Below, in pieces: positions 47,652 to 57,809 of a DNA stretch of 64,000 nucleotides. Below the pieces are notes generated by a model, which did not search any database, was not told the origin of the DNA, and saw only the letters and a list, made by a program, of their open reading frames with translations. A program made the position numbers and the translations under genes. The stretch spans positions 139,429 to 203,428 of the forward strand of contig JAPLME010000012.1 of NCBI GenBank assembly GCA_026387175.1. The letters run 5' to 3'. How positions within the stretch are numbered: position 1 is the first letter of the stretch; each line of letters starts with the position of its first letter. This DNA is from Candidatus Omnitrophota bacterium. GTDB taxonomy: Bacteria > Omnitrophota > Gorgyraeia > 2-01-FULL-45-10.

Positions 47652-50600
47652 ATGGGGCAGGGCAATAAAACTTTGTTCAAAAACGTTATTCGTGTCGGTT
47701 GTCTTACTGCATATACCCTGATTACGCTATCGGCCGGATTTATTTTACCGCTTGCCGGTGCCGAGGAGCGTCTTGCCGCGGTAAACGATCCGACCGGTTT
47801 TAGTATACTGGAGGCCGAAGAGAACGGGATGTTTAATATCGGCCCCGCGATAGGAGGCGTCGATACCGAGGCCGACGCGTCGCTCAAGAAAAATGTATTT
47901 AAATTCGACTATACGATATTCCCCGGGGCCATCGTTGGCCTTTGGACGAAGACTTATCCCGCTAAGTTCAGGGCAGACATAGTTGACGCGGTCAAGGCCG
48001 GCGTAAAAGTGCAGAATCCCGTTCAACTCGATGAGGTTACGGTTAAGCTTGAGATAAAGGGCGATAGGGGGGTGCAAAGCGCGCCGGTACATCTGGAAGA
48101 ATCGGGATGGAGCTATATAAATGAGCAGGTGGATTGGGAGAGGATAGGAAAGCTTACTGAAGTCGTTTTTGTAGTCAGTCCGAAAGACAGCAAGAAACGC
48201 CTCGAAGGAATAATTTATTTCGATCTTAATTTTTACAAATTGACGTTCCTGCAGAAGTACGTTATAGCGATAAAAGCCGGGCTGGTCCTTTTAGCGGGAC
48301 TTATACTGGCGCTTATAGCGGCGATTGCCGGTATGCTCTTTGGTAAAAAGCCCGCTCCGGAGGAGAAGAAACCGGCCCTATCCGGCATTGGCAGGGATAT
48401 TCTCTACGGCATAGTTGTGGTAATGACTTTAGGCGCCGCGATGAAGATATATTATCTTGGGATGGCCAACCCTCTGAATGCGGGTTTTAGTTACGCGTTC
48501 CTCGCGGTAGGATTAATAGGCGTCCTTATCGCCGAAGTTTTGAAATTTGTCCTGGCCGGCAGACACCTTACGGCAGCTGAGGTTTTCCAAAATGTCCTGG
48601 TTTCGGGTCTTCTGGCGGCTTCATCGAGCAGGTTTGAGCTTTTACAGGCGCCGGCATCGTGGGTCCAGCTCTTGATGTTAAGTAATCTTATATCGGCGCT
48701 TGCCTTCATAATTTACCATTTTGCCAATGCCAGGTCGATAGTCTCTTCCGGCAGGCACTTAAAAGTGATTAGTGGTTCGCTGATAGCCGGAACGCCGTAT
48801 CTTTTCAACTGGCTGCTTCTTCTGGGAAGCGTCGGCATGCTCAGGATAATAGGTAACGGCGCAACCTTTGGGCTCATCGCGACATGGCCGGCCATATCCG
48901 AACTGACAGGCAGGCTGCTTGTCATGTTCGTCTTTAATGAAATTGTCACCAACAGCATTTCCATCGCGACTAAAAATAAGGTTGTTAAGACTCTAAGGGC
49001 CCATCTGATAATGTTGTTGGTCTCTTTAGGAGTTGTTATAGCTCCGGTGATAGCGAATTTCGGTTCCGGTGCGTTGATCGCAAAACTGCCTATGGTTCTG
49101 AGAGCCTTTGCCGCTATCCTGACGACGGCTCTTTCCTACGGCGGCCTGTGGGGCGAGGTTTATCTGATAACGGGCGCTCTGCTCGACGCCGGCAAACATA
49201 TAGCTCCTTCAGCCGATATCATCTCTAAACATGTCAGCACAGGTATAAAAAAAGGTATGGCATATAGCGCTATATTGATGGGGATGATGTATGCGCTCAG
49301 CATCATATTGAACGCGCCGATGTCGCAGAAGGTGATGACAAGCGCGCCTATAATAATCGGGATCTTCGCAGGCGCGGCTCTCTTCCCGCTGGTTAAGACC
49401 ATAATCGAGAGCTTTGACGGCAGTATACGGTTCTTTGAAAGAGTTAAATATAGCTACGAGGATCTGACTTTATGCGCCAGGGGCGCTGTCGCAGGTTTCG
49501 GGTTCGCCTATATGGCCACTAATAACCTGTTCGCGCATAATATGCCCGACAGGATCCTATTCGGCCTTTTGGTAGGCCTATTGGCGTCCGGCGGTGTCAG
49601 CATCCTGAGGGATGGATGGTATGCGCTAAGAGGCCGCGGGAAGATACAGTCCTGGAGGCTCTATTTTGTCGATTCGCTTCTGGGAATTTTCGTGGGAAGC
49701 GCCGCGGCATTCTATATGGATTCTCTGCAGGTTCCGGTGGTTGTCGAAAAGTTCAGGCTATATCTCAGCTCGAATCTTCCGCCGGCCGATTATATAACTT
49801 ACCCTCTGGTCAACAAATGGGGCCGCATAGATCTCGGAAGCTATACCGGCGGAGTTAAGCTGCTTTACACCGAGTCGGTAGCCGGAGTCATCAACTGGTC
49901 GATCGCCGCATGGCTATTCGCTATAAACAAAGTATTTTTACAGGCATTTTTTGAGAAGGACAAGACCCCCATTAAGTTCTTTTTCTCGAAGGCCGGGTTC
50001 GCCCAGCTGATCGAACATATGATATATGTATTGCGATGGGGTCTATGGATGTCGCCCATCATATTCACGTTCCTGCGTATGATGCCGGACCCGACCTGGT
50101 ATAACCAGGACGGTGCTATCCATACGGTCTTTGCCGTTTTTAATAATATGACGATGACTCCGGAGGCGTTCAGGGCATGGAGCCTGCAGGTCTTCGTATG
50201 GATACTGGCCCTCGACTGGTTCCGCATTCTTATATGGATGGACCATATGGGACTGCGCGTAGCCACTCTCGTTAACTTAAGCTTCATCGGAATGGACAGG
50301 CTCGATGAGAGGATAGGGCGCTTTATCGGCCCGGCGTCGGCCCAGCGGTATATTCCGGAAGGCGTGAAACGTTTCGCGACATGGGCGCCGCTACTCATTC
50401 CTTTTTATCTTCCCAGAGGAAAAGAATGGGACTATGCCTGGAACACCTCGGTGGCGATGCAGAACGCCTCCGAAGGCAAGGGAATACTTTTTGCAATACA
50501 GCGCCTTGCGTTGCCGCAGATGATCATCCTGATATGTTCGGCCATACTTGCATGCACTGTCATTTCCTTCGTTGTGCGCGCGTTAAGCCGGAGATCGCGC

Positions 50601-53600
50601 AAGCGCCGCATCACCTCTTATGAGCTCGTCAACAGAGAATACAAGGTTGTGATCAGGGAGTCCGGCGATATATACAGCGAGGTCACCGGCAGAGAGAGCG
50701 ATGTCAGCAGGCGTTCTTATGACACGATAGACCCGTGCGGCAGGATATTGTATGTGGTAGATGCTTCCGAAAGATCCGCCGCCAATAAACGCGCATGGCC
50801 GGTAGTGGGTAACTTCCCGGCCGGCAAGTTCGAAGCGTCCAACATCGAGAAATGCGGCGATGCTTTCAGAATAATTAATACCAGTAACGGCGTCAAGACG
50901 ACTGTGGAGATCAGCCTGCCCGACCAGGATTCCACGGCGGAGGTGTGGAAGGTAACGGTCGAAAATATGACCGATAAGCCGCGCCAGTTAAAGGTCGTCC
51001 CGTATCTGGAGTGGGTATTGAACGGCGGCATTCATGACAGGTTCCATACGCAGTATGCGAGGCTCTACCCGGAGATGGAATATATCAGCAGGGCAAATGC
51101 CGTGCTGTCATGGCAGAAGGCCACCAAATCGATGGGCATACTGGCCTCGGAGATGCCTACGGAAGGGTTTACGGCTTCGCGCGTCGATTTCATCGGCCGC
51201 GCCAGAAGCATCTGGAACCCGCGCATAATGGATAACCTGGACTTTATGCCGAGCCGCGACACTTCCGGCTATCCGACGTTCGATCCCATCGGAAGCCTTA
51301 TCGTAAATGCCGCAGTGGGGCCAAGGGCTTTCGCGACGATGCGGTTTATGATAGGTTATTCGAAGGATCGGGATAAAGCTCTGGAGCTTATTAAGAAACA
51401 CCTGAACACCCAGAGCGGAGACGCTCTCCCTGCTCCGGAAAAGAAGAAGAGGGCGCTCTTGATCGGCCACGGCGAGATACCGCCCGGGACTCCGCAGCCG
51501 TATTCTACATTTTCCGGAAATGGAAACTCGCTGATCGTCCATACGCCGTATACGCCCAGGCCCATCGACCATGCCATGTCGAATGCCATACATTCCGTGA
51601 TGGTGACCAACCGCGGCCTTCACACATCCTGCAACGGCAATTCACAGCAGAACCGTCTTACGCCGGATTGGGCCGATACGGTTACAAGGGAGATCCCTTC
51701 GGAGGCGATCTATCTTTTCGACCAGGACCATAATGAATGGTACTCGCCGACATATCATCCTTTGAACGACGGAAGCGCCAAATATGAATCTGAGTTCAGC
51801 GTAGACGGAAGCGCGATATTCCGCATGTCCAAAGGGACCATCTCGACGGAGCTGACCATATTTGTGCCGCCGGAAGATACGACGGGAGTCTATCTATTGA
51901 CCGTAAAAAATAACGCGGACAGCTCCAGGCGCATAAGAGTATCCCCTTATTTCCAGATGGTGATGGGTTTCATGCCTGAAAAGTCCGGCCCCCTGGGAGG
52001 GCGTTACGATAAAGCGTTAGACGCTTTATTCTATGAGAACCCCCGCAACATATTCCGTTCAGGGCGGGCGTTCGTTTCGATGTCCATCCCGAGCCAGGGC
52101 TTCGAGGTGAAGCGGGGAAGGTACTTCGGTTCCAGGTGCGCCGTCGCGCATCCGTTCATGGTGGAGAACGGCATGCCGGACGCCGCTCAACTTACCGATG
52201 AGGCCCAGATAGCTGGGCTTCTCGGGACCATCGAGGTCCCCGCGCACGGAGAGCAAACGGTCGCGATCATCCTCGGACAAGCCGACGACAAGAAGGCCTG
52301 CGCCGCGATAATCCGGAAATATAAAGACATCGAAAAGGTCAGGAAATCTCTTGAAGATACCCGCAAATGGTGGCTCAGCCTGATGGCAACGGTTAAGGTT
52401 GAGACCAATAGCCCTGAGTTCGATCGGTATCAGAACTGGCTCAAATATCAGGCGCTGGCCGAACGTATATGGGCAAGAAAAGGTTTCTATCAGACCAGCG
52501 GCGCGTATGGTTTCCGCGATCAGCTCCAGGATACCGTTAACTTGATCTGGATCGATCCGGCCCTTGCGCGCAAACAGATAATCCTGCATGCGTCCCAGCA
52601 GTTCATCCAGGGAGACGTTTTCCACTGGTTCTTCACATTGACGGACGGCCGTACGGCGTTCTCCTGCCGCTCGCATGCCTCCGATAACCCGGTATGGCTG
52701 TCGTGGGGAGTAGCCGAATACATCAGGACCACGGGAGACCATTCGATATTGGATGAGATGACCTCTTATGTGGAGTCGGAGTTTCCTTTCGCGAAACTTC
52801 CTAAGAATAAACAAGGGTGGGGGCATCTGTATCACAGGACGACGAGATCCGATACGGTTTACAGGCACTGCATGAGGTCGATAGATCTTATCCTGAACGA
52901 CCGGACAGGTAAAAGCGGATTGCCGCTTATCCAGGTCGGAGACTGGAACGACGGTCTCGATGAGATAGGATCGGAAGGCAGGGGCGAGAGCGTATGGCTG
53001 GGATTCTTCCTGTACTATATCCTTAATGAGATGGTGGATATTATAGAAGCCAAAGACGGCCCCGCGCGCAAGAACCATTATGTAAAGAAGATGGATGCGC
53101 TTAAGAACGCTCTGGAAAAGACCTGGAGAGAAGACAGATATCTGCGTGCCATCCACGATGACGGCACGGAGATAGGCATTAAAGGAAGCGGAGTATGGGA
53201 GATAGATGCGCTGACGGCATCGTGGGCGGTAATAAGCGGTATCAATTTCGAGCGGGGACTTGCAATATTTAATACCGCTCTCAAGATACTCGAAAAAGAT
53301 AACGCTATATTGCTGGGATGGCCGGCCCTGCGCGAAGATACTAAGCCGTATCTGGGCAGGAGCAGCAAATATCCCGAAGGCGTACGCGAGAACGGTATGT
53401 ACTGCCACGGCGTTCAATGGCTTGTAAGGGCCGCGCGCATTCTTGCGGAGGAGTTCGAAAAACAGGGGAATCACGCCAAAGCCGATGAGTACAGGGCAAC
53501 CGCATACAGGTTATGGCTCAAGATATCGCCGATCGCCCATATGAAGCCGGGAGAGATCGAGATCTACGGAGGCCAGCCCAATAAACAGGCGGCGGATGTC

Positions 53601-53804
53601 TTGACAAACTTTGAGCCCGGACGAATGATATGGCACGGGTATACCGGCGCCGCCGGATGGATGCTGCGTCAGGCCATGGAAGGCGTAGTGGGAGCGTCTC
53701 TGGCAAAGAATGAGATGATCCTGCCGAAAGACCTGGATCGTCCGAGAGGCGGTTTAAAAATAAAGAGCGTGCAGAGGGACGTGAGCAAGAGCCCTTTTAA
53801 GTAA
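47652..53804 (+). CDS. Giant membrane protein (2050 aa): N-terminal CBM-like module, about 20 TM helices, and a C-terminal GH94-family glycoside phosphorylase domain (cellobiose / beta-1,2-oligoglucan phosphorylase-like).
   Basis: Strong RBS. Hydrophobic helices from aa ~200-980. C-terminal region has GH94 hallmarks including the catalytic GDWNDGLD (near 52930) and NGMYCHGVQW. Confidence 0.7.
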   Translation: MGQGNKTLFKNVIRVGCLTAYTLITLSAGFILPLAGAEERLAAVNDPTGFSILEAEENGMFNIGPAIGGVDTEADASLKKNVFKFDYTIFPGAIVGLWTKTYPAKFRADIVDAVKAGVKVQNPVQLDEVTVKLEIKGDRGVQSAPVHLEESGWSYINEQVDWERIGKLTEVVFVVSPKDSKKRLEGIIYFDLNFYKLTFLQKYVIAIKAGLVLLAGLILALIAAIAGMLFGKKPAPEEKKPALSGIGRDILYGIVVVMTLGAAMKIYYLGMANPLNAGFSYAFLAVGLIGVLIAEVLKFVLAGRHLTAAEVFQNVLVSGLLAASSSRFELLQAPASWVQLLMLSNLISALAFIIYHFANARSIVSSGRHLKVISGSLIAGTPYLFNWLLLLGSVGMLRIIGNGATFGLIATWPAISELTGRLLVMFVFNEIVTNSISIATKNKVVKTLRAHLIMLLVSLGVVIAPVIANFGSGALIAKLPMVLRAFAAILTTALSYGGLWGEVYLITGALLDAGKHIAPSADIISKHVSTGIKKGMAYSAILMGMMYALSIILNAPMSQKVMTSAPIIIGIFAGAALFPLVKTIIESFDGSIRFFERVKYSYEDLTLCARGAVAGFGFAYMATNNLFAHNMPDRILFGLLVGLLASGGVSILRDGWYALRGRGKIQSWRLYFVDSLLGIFVGSAAAFYMDSLQVPVVVEKFRLYLSSNLPPADYITYPLVNKWGRIDLGSYTGGVKLLYTESVAGVINWSIAAWLFAINKVFLQAFFEKDKTPIKFFFSKAGFAQLIEHMIYVLRWGLWMSPIIFTFLRMMPDPTWYNQDGAIHTVFAVFNNMTMTPEAFRAWSLQVFVWILALDWFRILIWMDHMGLRVATLVNLSFIGMDRLDERIGRFIGPASAQRYIPEGVKRFATWAPLLIPFYLPRGKEWDYAWNTSVAMQNASEGKGILFAIQRLALPQMIILICSAILACTVISFVVRALSRRSRKRRITSYELVNREYKVVIRESGDIYSEVTGRESDVSRRSYDTIDPCGRILYVVDASERSAANKRAWPVVGNFPAGKFEASNIEKCGDAFRIINTSNGVKTTVEISLPDQDSTAEVWKVTVENMTDKPRQLKVVPYLEWVLNGGIHDRFHTQYARLYPEMEYISRANAVLSWQKATKSMGILASEMPTEGFTASRVDFIGRARSIWNPRIMDNLDFMPSRDTSGYPTFDPIGSLIVNAAVGPRAFATMRFMIGYSKDRDKALELIKKHLNTQSGDALPAPEKKKRALLIGHGEIPPGTPQPYSTFSGNGNSLIVHTPYTPRPIDHAMSNAIHSVMVTNRGLHTSCNGNSQQNRLTPDWADTVTREIPSEAIYLFDQDHNEWYSPTYHPLNDGSAKYESEFSVDGSAIFRMSKGTISTELTIFVPPEDTTGVYLLTVKNNADSSRRIRVSPYFQMVMGFMPEKSGPLGGRYDKALDALFYENPRNIFRSGRAFVSMSIPSQGFEVKRGRYFGSRCAVAHPFMVENGMPDAAQLTDEAQIAGLLGTIEVPAHGEQTVAIILGQADDKKACAAIIRKYKDIEKVRKSLEDTRKWWLSLMATVKVETNSPEFDRYQNWLKYQALAERIWARKGFYQTSGAYGFRDQLQDTVNLIWIDPALARKQIILHASQQFIQGDVFHWFFTLTDGRTAFSCRSHASDNPVWLSWGVAEYIRTTGDHSILDEMTSYVESEFPFAKLPKNKQGWGHLYHRTTRSDTVYRHCMRSIDLILNDRTGKSGLPLIQVGDWNDGLDEIGSEGRGESVWLGFFLYYILNEMVDIIEAKDGPARKNHYVKKMDALKNALEKTWREDRYLRAIHDDGTEIGIKGSGVWEIDALTASWAVISGINFERGLAIFNTALKILEKDNAILLGWPALREDTKPYLGRSSKYPEGVRENGMYCHGVQWLVRAARILAEEFEKQGNHAKADEYRATAYRLWLKISPIAHMKPGEIEIYGGQPNKQAADVLTNFEPGRMIWHGYTGAAGWMLRQAMEGVVGASLAKNEMILPKDLDRPRGGLKIKSVQRDVSKSPFK

Positions 53805-53813
53805 GGAGCTTTT

Positions 53814-55880
53814 TTGAAAAAGAGCCTTAGAGTCGCATTATCGGTCCTCGTCATCTCATCTATTCTTGCGATGGGCGGCCTGCCGGCGTTATACTGCTCG
53901 GCGGATAAACGCCCCATACCTAAGGAATTCCCATCGGAAACTATCGCGGATTTTAACGGGGCGGGCCCTATAAATAATTTGGGCGGAGAATCGGGGACAT
54001 GGGAAAAGAACCCGGAAGATAATGCCCAGTCTATAGCCCTCTCTTTCGATAATGTGGTAAAACACGGCGCCGCCGGCGTATCGCTTAAACTGGAATATAA
54101 CGTCAACTCTCCTAAAGATACCGCTAACGGCTTCTGGACGCAGCTCAATGATTTTGACGCCTCATCGTATGATCATTTTGAATTCTGGGTCAAAGGCGAT
54201 GGGGAAAAGGGCTTTACGACGGTCTTCAAGATAGAATTTAAAAAGATCCAGAAAGATTCGGAGGGCCGCGACGAAACGATAAAAGCAAGCTATATCGTGA
54301 AAGGCGTTACCGACAGATGGCAGAAGGTCTCGATACCGCTGAACGTCATGAACGGAATCCGGAACTGGCGCGAGCTGAAGGAGTTCGTCGTATCTTTTGA
54401 GAAGAGGCGCGTCGATAATCCCGCGGGAACCTTATATTTTGATGACCTGGCTTTCGTGAAGACAGGCGAGCCCGGGCCCAAGATCACCGATATAGTCCCT
54501 CATAAGAAAAAGAAGACCGACAAAGAGGGCAACAGCGAAGACTTTGCCAGATTCCTCATAGCCAGGCTGTACGGATTTCCGAAAGAGACCTTTGTTAAAA
54601 AAGAATTCCCGAAAGATGACCGCGATTTTCTCCTGACGATAGCCAAAGATACCTGGAAGTACTTCGATAAGATCGTCGATAAGGAGTACGGCCTTCCGCT
54701 CGATAATATAAAATTCAGCGAAAGAGCCACAGTTTCCTCGGATACCCGTGTCGGGGACTATACCAATGTCACCAATGTCGGCGTGTATCTTATGTGTGTC
54801 ATATCGGCATATGATTTCGGGTTTATTTCCAAAGAAGAGGCGATAAGGCGCCTCGAAGCCACCATAGATTCTGTGGAAAAATTGGAAAAGTATAACGGAT
54901 TTCCTTACAATTATTACGATGTCACGATATTCCAGAGAACAAGCAACTTTATCTCTTTTGTCGACAGCGGCTGGCTCGCCGCCGGCATTATCGTCGCAAG
55001 GAACGCGTTTCCCGAAGAGCTGAGCCAAAAATGCGGTAAACTGCTGGATGAAATGAACTTCGCATTCTTTTATGACCCCGTTGAGGGCCATATGTATCAC
55101 GGTTTCTACACTAATATAAACTACTACTCGGAATATCAATACGGCGCTTTTTACACCGAGCCCAGAGCGATAAGCTATATTGCCATAGGCAAAGGAGATG
55201 TACCTAAAGAGCACTGGTTTCGCATGCCAAGGACTTTCCCTGAGGAATGGCCATGGCAGACTCAAAGCCCCCTGAACAGAAAAGAGAAGACGTATCTCGG
55301 ATATAAAGTATGGGGCGGTTACTATGAATATGAAGGCATGAAATTTGTGCCGAGCTGGGGCGGGAGCATGTTCGAGGCTCTGATGCCCACGGTCATCATA
55401 GATGAGAAGGGGCTTTCGCCGAAGAGCCTGGGATTGAATGACGAAAGGCATGCCAAGATACAGGTGAAATACGCATTAGAAAAGCTGGGTTACCCGATTT
55501 TCGGCATGTCCCCGGCTTGCGTTCCGGGCGACGGGTATTCCGAATATGGCGTAAAAGTTCTCGGCATAAAAGGATATAAGCCCGGAGTCATTACGCCCCA
55601 TGCGACGTTTCTGGCTCTTGAATTCGTGCCTGAGGAATCGATTAAAAATTTAAGAACCATGGCAGTTAAATACAATGCGTATGGCGAGTATGGCTTTTAT
55701 GATGCCATAAATATAGCTACAGGTAAAGTCGCGATGGAGTACCTTTGCCTGGACCAGGCGATGAGTTTTATTGCACTTAATAACTACCTGAATGACGGCG
55801 CGATAAGAAAAAGGTTCCATAACGACCCGATAGCTAAAAACGCCGAAGAATTGATAAAAGTTGAAGATTTCTTTGAATAA
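53814..55880 (+). CDS. Secreted protein with an N-terminal CBM11/CIA30-like module and a C-terminal putative six-hairpin glycosidase-like domain.
   Basis: TTG start with RBS aaggag. Signal MKKSLRVALSVLVISSILAMG. CBM region ends TLYFDDLAFV. The C-terminal domain family is unverified. Confidence 0.55.
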   Translation: MKKSLRVALSVLVISSILAMGGLPALYCSADKRPIPKEFPSETIADFNGAGPINNLGGESGTWEKNPEDNAQSIALSFDNVVKHGAAGVSLKLEYNVNSPKDTANGFWTQLNDFDASSYDHFEFWVKGDGEKGFTTVFKIEFKKIQKDSEGRDETIKASYIVKGVTDRWQKVSIPLNVMNGIRNWRELKEFVVSFEKRRVDNPAGTLYFDDLAFVKTGEPGPKITDIVPHKKKKTDKEGNSEDFARFLIARLYGFPKETFVKKEFPKDDRDFLLTIAKDTWKYFDKIVDKEYGLPLDNIKFSERATVSSDTRVGDYTNVTNVGVYLMCVISAYDFGFISKEEAIRRLEATIDSVEKLEKYNGFPYNYYDVTIFQRTSNFISFVDSGWLAAGIIVARNAFPEELSQKCGKLLDEMNFAFFYDPVEGHMYHGFYTNINYYSEYQYGAFYTEPRAISYIAIGKGDVPKEHWFRMPRTFPEEWPWQTQSPLNRKEKTYLGYKVWGGYYEYEGMKFVPSWGGSMFEALMPTVIIDEKGLSPKSLGLNDERHAKIQVKYALEKLGYPIFGMSPACVPGDGYSEYGVKVLGIKGYKPGVITPHATFLALEFVPEESIKNLRTMAVKYNAYGEYGFYDAINIATGKVAMEYLCLDQAMSFIALNNYLNDGAIRKRFHNDPIAKNAEELIKVEDFFE

Positions 55881-55960
55881 TTATGATATAATATAGCTAG
55901 TTCCGGTGTTTTTTATTGACCGGTTATTATAAACATTATAAAAGAAAGAAGGAGAATTCT

Positions 55961-56905
55961 TTGGCAAGGATAAGAGGCTCCGAAAAAGAAGCAGTAGCGG
56001 GTTACCTCTTTCTACTCCCGAACTTATTGGGATTTATGGTATTTACGCTTGTGCCGGTCGCGCTTTCTCTCGCACTTAGTTTTATCGACTGGGACATGTT
56101 ATCCGCGCCAAAGTTCGTAGGGTTGCAGAATTTTATAAATCTTCTCGGTTTCCACATGGAAACCGGGCATATCACCGCTAACGATCCTCTTTTTTGGAAA
56201 TGTGTTGGCAACACCCTCTTTTTAATGATGATAATCCCGATCGAGATAATGGCGTCGCTCGCTCTGGCGCTGGTTATGAACCAGAAGGTGAGATTAATTA
56301 ATATATTCAGAGCGGTATACTTTTTGCCTACCATAACCAACGGTGTGGCGGTGTGCCTTCTCTGGGCGTGGCTGTACAATTCGGAATTCGGGCTCTTCAA
56401 TACTCTGCTTCTTAAGGCAGGCGGAATACTCTCTATACCCATTCATAGGGTGGAATGGCTTACTTCAACGGTATGGGCAAAGCCGTCACTTATGTTTATG
56501 GGCCTTTGGATAATGCTCGGCGGATATAATATGATACTTTTTATGGCAGCCCTCCAGGGCGTGCCAAGGGAGCTTTATGAAGCCGCCGAGATGGATGGCG
56601 CGGGCAGCTGGCATAAATTTTGGAACGTGACATGGCCCATGATAAGCCCCACCACATTCTTTGTCTTTGTAATGGCGGTTATAGGAGGGTTCCAGGGCGG
56701 TTTCATGCAGGCTTATATCATGACAGGCGGCGGCCCTGACCGGTCGACCACTACGCTCGAGTATCTGATATATAATCATCTTTACAGCTGGCAGCACGTC
56801 GGATATGCGGCGAGCATCGCCTGGTTCGTATTCATAGTGGTATTTATCGCTACGATATTTAACTGGAGATTCGGCGGCAAACTGGTTCAATATTCGCACT
56901 ATTGA
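55961..56905 (+). CDS. Carbohydrate ABC transporter permease (MalF/UgpA-like).
   Basis: AAGGAG RBS 6 nt before the TTG at 55961; the track's upstream 55916 start lacks an RBS. Six TM segments. YLFLLPNLLGFMVF N-terminal motif. Confidence 0.75.
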   Translation: MARIRGSEKEAVAGYLFLLPNLLGFMVFTLVPVALSLALSFIDWDMLSAPKFVGLQNFINLLGFHMETGHITANDPLFWKCVGNTLFLMMIIPIEIMASLALALVMNQKVRLINIFRAVYFLPTITNGVAVCLLWAWLYNSEFGLFNTLLLKAGGILSIPIHRVEWLTSTVWAKPSLMFMGLWIMLGGYNMILFMAALQGVPRELYEAAEMDGAGSWHKFWNVTWPMISPTTFFVFVMAVIGGFQGGFMQAYIMTGGGPDRSTTTLEYLIYNHLYSWQHVGYAASIAWFVFIVVFIATIFNWRFGGKLVQYSHY

Positions 56906-56957
56906 TTTCAAAAAGGCTTAAGGGATGCTATACAGCTCAGACGAAATAGGGAAGGTA

Positions 56958-57809
56958 ATGGATAAAAGAGTATCAGGCTTTTTAAAGAAGGCCTGCATAT
57001 ACGCTTTTCTGATAATTGGCGGCGCGACGATGATCATCCCTTTTATATGGATGCTCTCGACATCTCTCAAGTCTTACTCGTCCGTATTTATATTTAATAT
57101 CAAAGACATACAATGGTTTCCGCAGCCTGTATATTGGAAAAATTATATAGATGTCTGGAAGGTCGTGCCTTTTGCGAGGTTCTACGCGAACAGCGTATTC
57201 GTAGTGGTCCTGGTGACATTAGGGCAGGTAGTGACGAGCGCAGGCGCGGCATACGCGTTCTCTCGCTTGAGGTTCCCCGGCCGCGATAAGATATTCTTCG
57301 CTTACCTTGCCACTATGATGATACCCGGTTCCGTAACGATGATACCGGTATTCGCGCTTATGCGCACGTTTGGCTGGATCGATACGTATAAGGCTCTTAT
57401 AATTCCGGCCATATTCTCCGCGTACGGCACTTTTTTACTCAGGCAGTTCTTCATGACGATACCGAGGGACCTCGAAGATGCCGCAAAGATAGACGGCTGC
57501 AGCCTCTGGGGCATATTCTGGCGCGTCATAATGCCGCTTTCGCATACCGCGATAGCGACGCTTACGATATTTGTATCACTCGGCAACTGGGTAAGTTTTA
57601 TGTGGCCGCTCCTGGTCACGAACTCGATAGAGAAGAGGACCTTGCCCGTGGGTTTGGCGTATTTTCAGGAGCTTTATCAGTATGCCCAGCCCGACTGGGG
57701 ACTTTTGATGGCAGGCTCCCTGATAACGATGGTGCCGGTCATAATCGTCTTCTTATTTAACCAGAGATTCTTTGTGGAAGGAATAAAGCTGACGGGAATG
57801 AAAGGGTAA
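56958..57809 (+). CDS. Carbohydrate ABC transporter permease (MalG/UgpE-like).
   Basis: EAA-loop DLEDAAKIDGCSLWGIFWRVIMPL. The start could be 56925 or 56958 (RBS agggaagg before 56958). Confidence 0.75.
   Translation: MDKRVSGFLKKACIYAFLIIGGATMIIPFIWMLSTSLKSYSSVFIFNIKDIQWFPQPVYWKNYIDVWKVVPFARFYANSVFVVVLVTLGQVVTSAGAAYAFSRLRFPGRDKIFFAYLATMMIPGSVTMIPVFALMRTFGWIDTYKALIIPAIFSAYGTFLLRQFFMTIPRDLEDAAKIDGCSLWGIFWRVIMPLSHTAIATLTIFVSLGNWVSFMWPLLVTNSIEKRTLPVGLAYFQELYQYAQPDWGLLMAGSLITMVPVIIVFLFNQRFFVEGIKLTGMKG

Noticed and set aside
47652-50600. A GT84 glycosyltransferase domain, as in cyclic beta-1,2-glucan synthase, in the membrane part of the GH94 fusion.
   Set aside because: The region is almost continuously hydrophobic, without a ~300-aa soluble insert or a DxD/QxxRW-type signature. 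It cannot be called from sequence.
52059-53474. A 471-aa minus-strand ORF, and many other 60-340-aa minus-strand ORFs (e.g. 28687-29604, 54432-55451, 22500-23138, 59919-60983), inside the large plus-strand genes.
   Set aside because: They fully overlap plus-strand genes that have strong domain signatures. Their translations are low-complexity or R/H/C-rich with no recognisable motifs, and they lack an RBS. They are shadow ORFs of the GC-rich codon pattern on the opposite strand.
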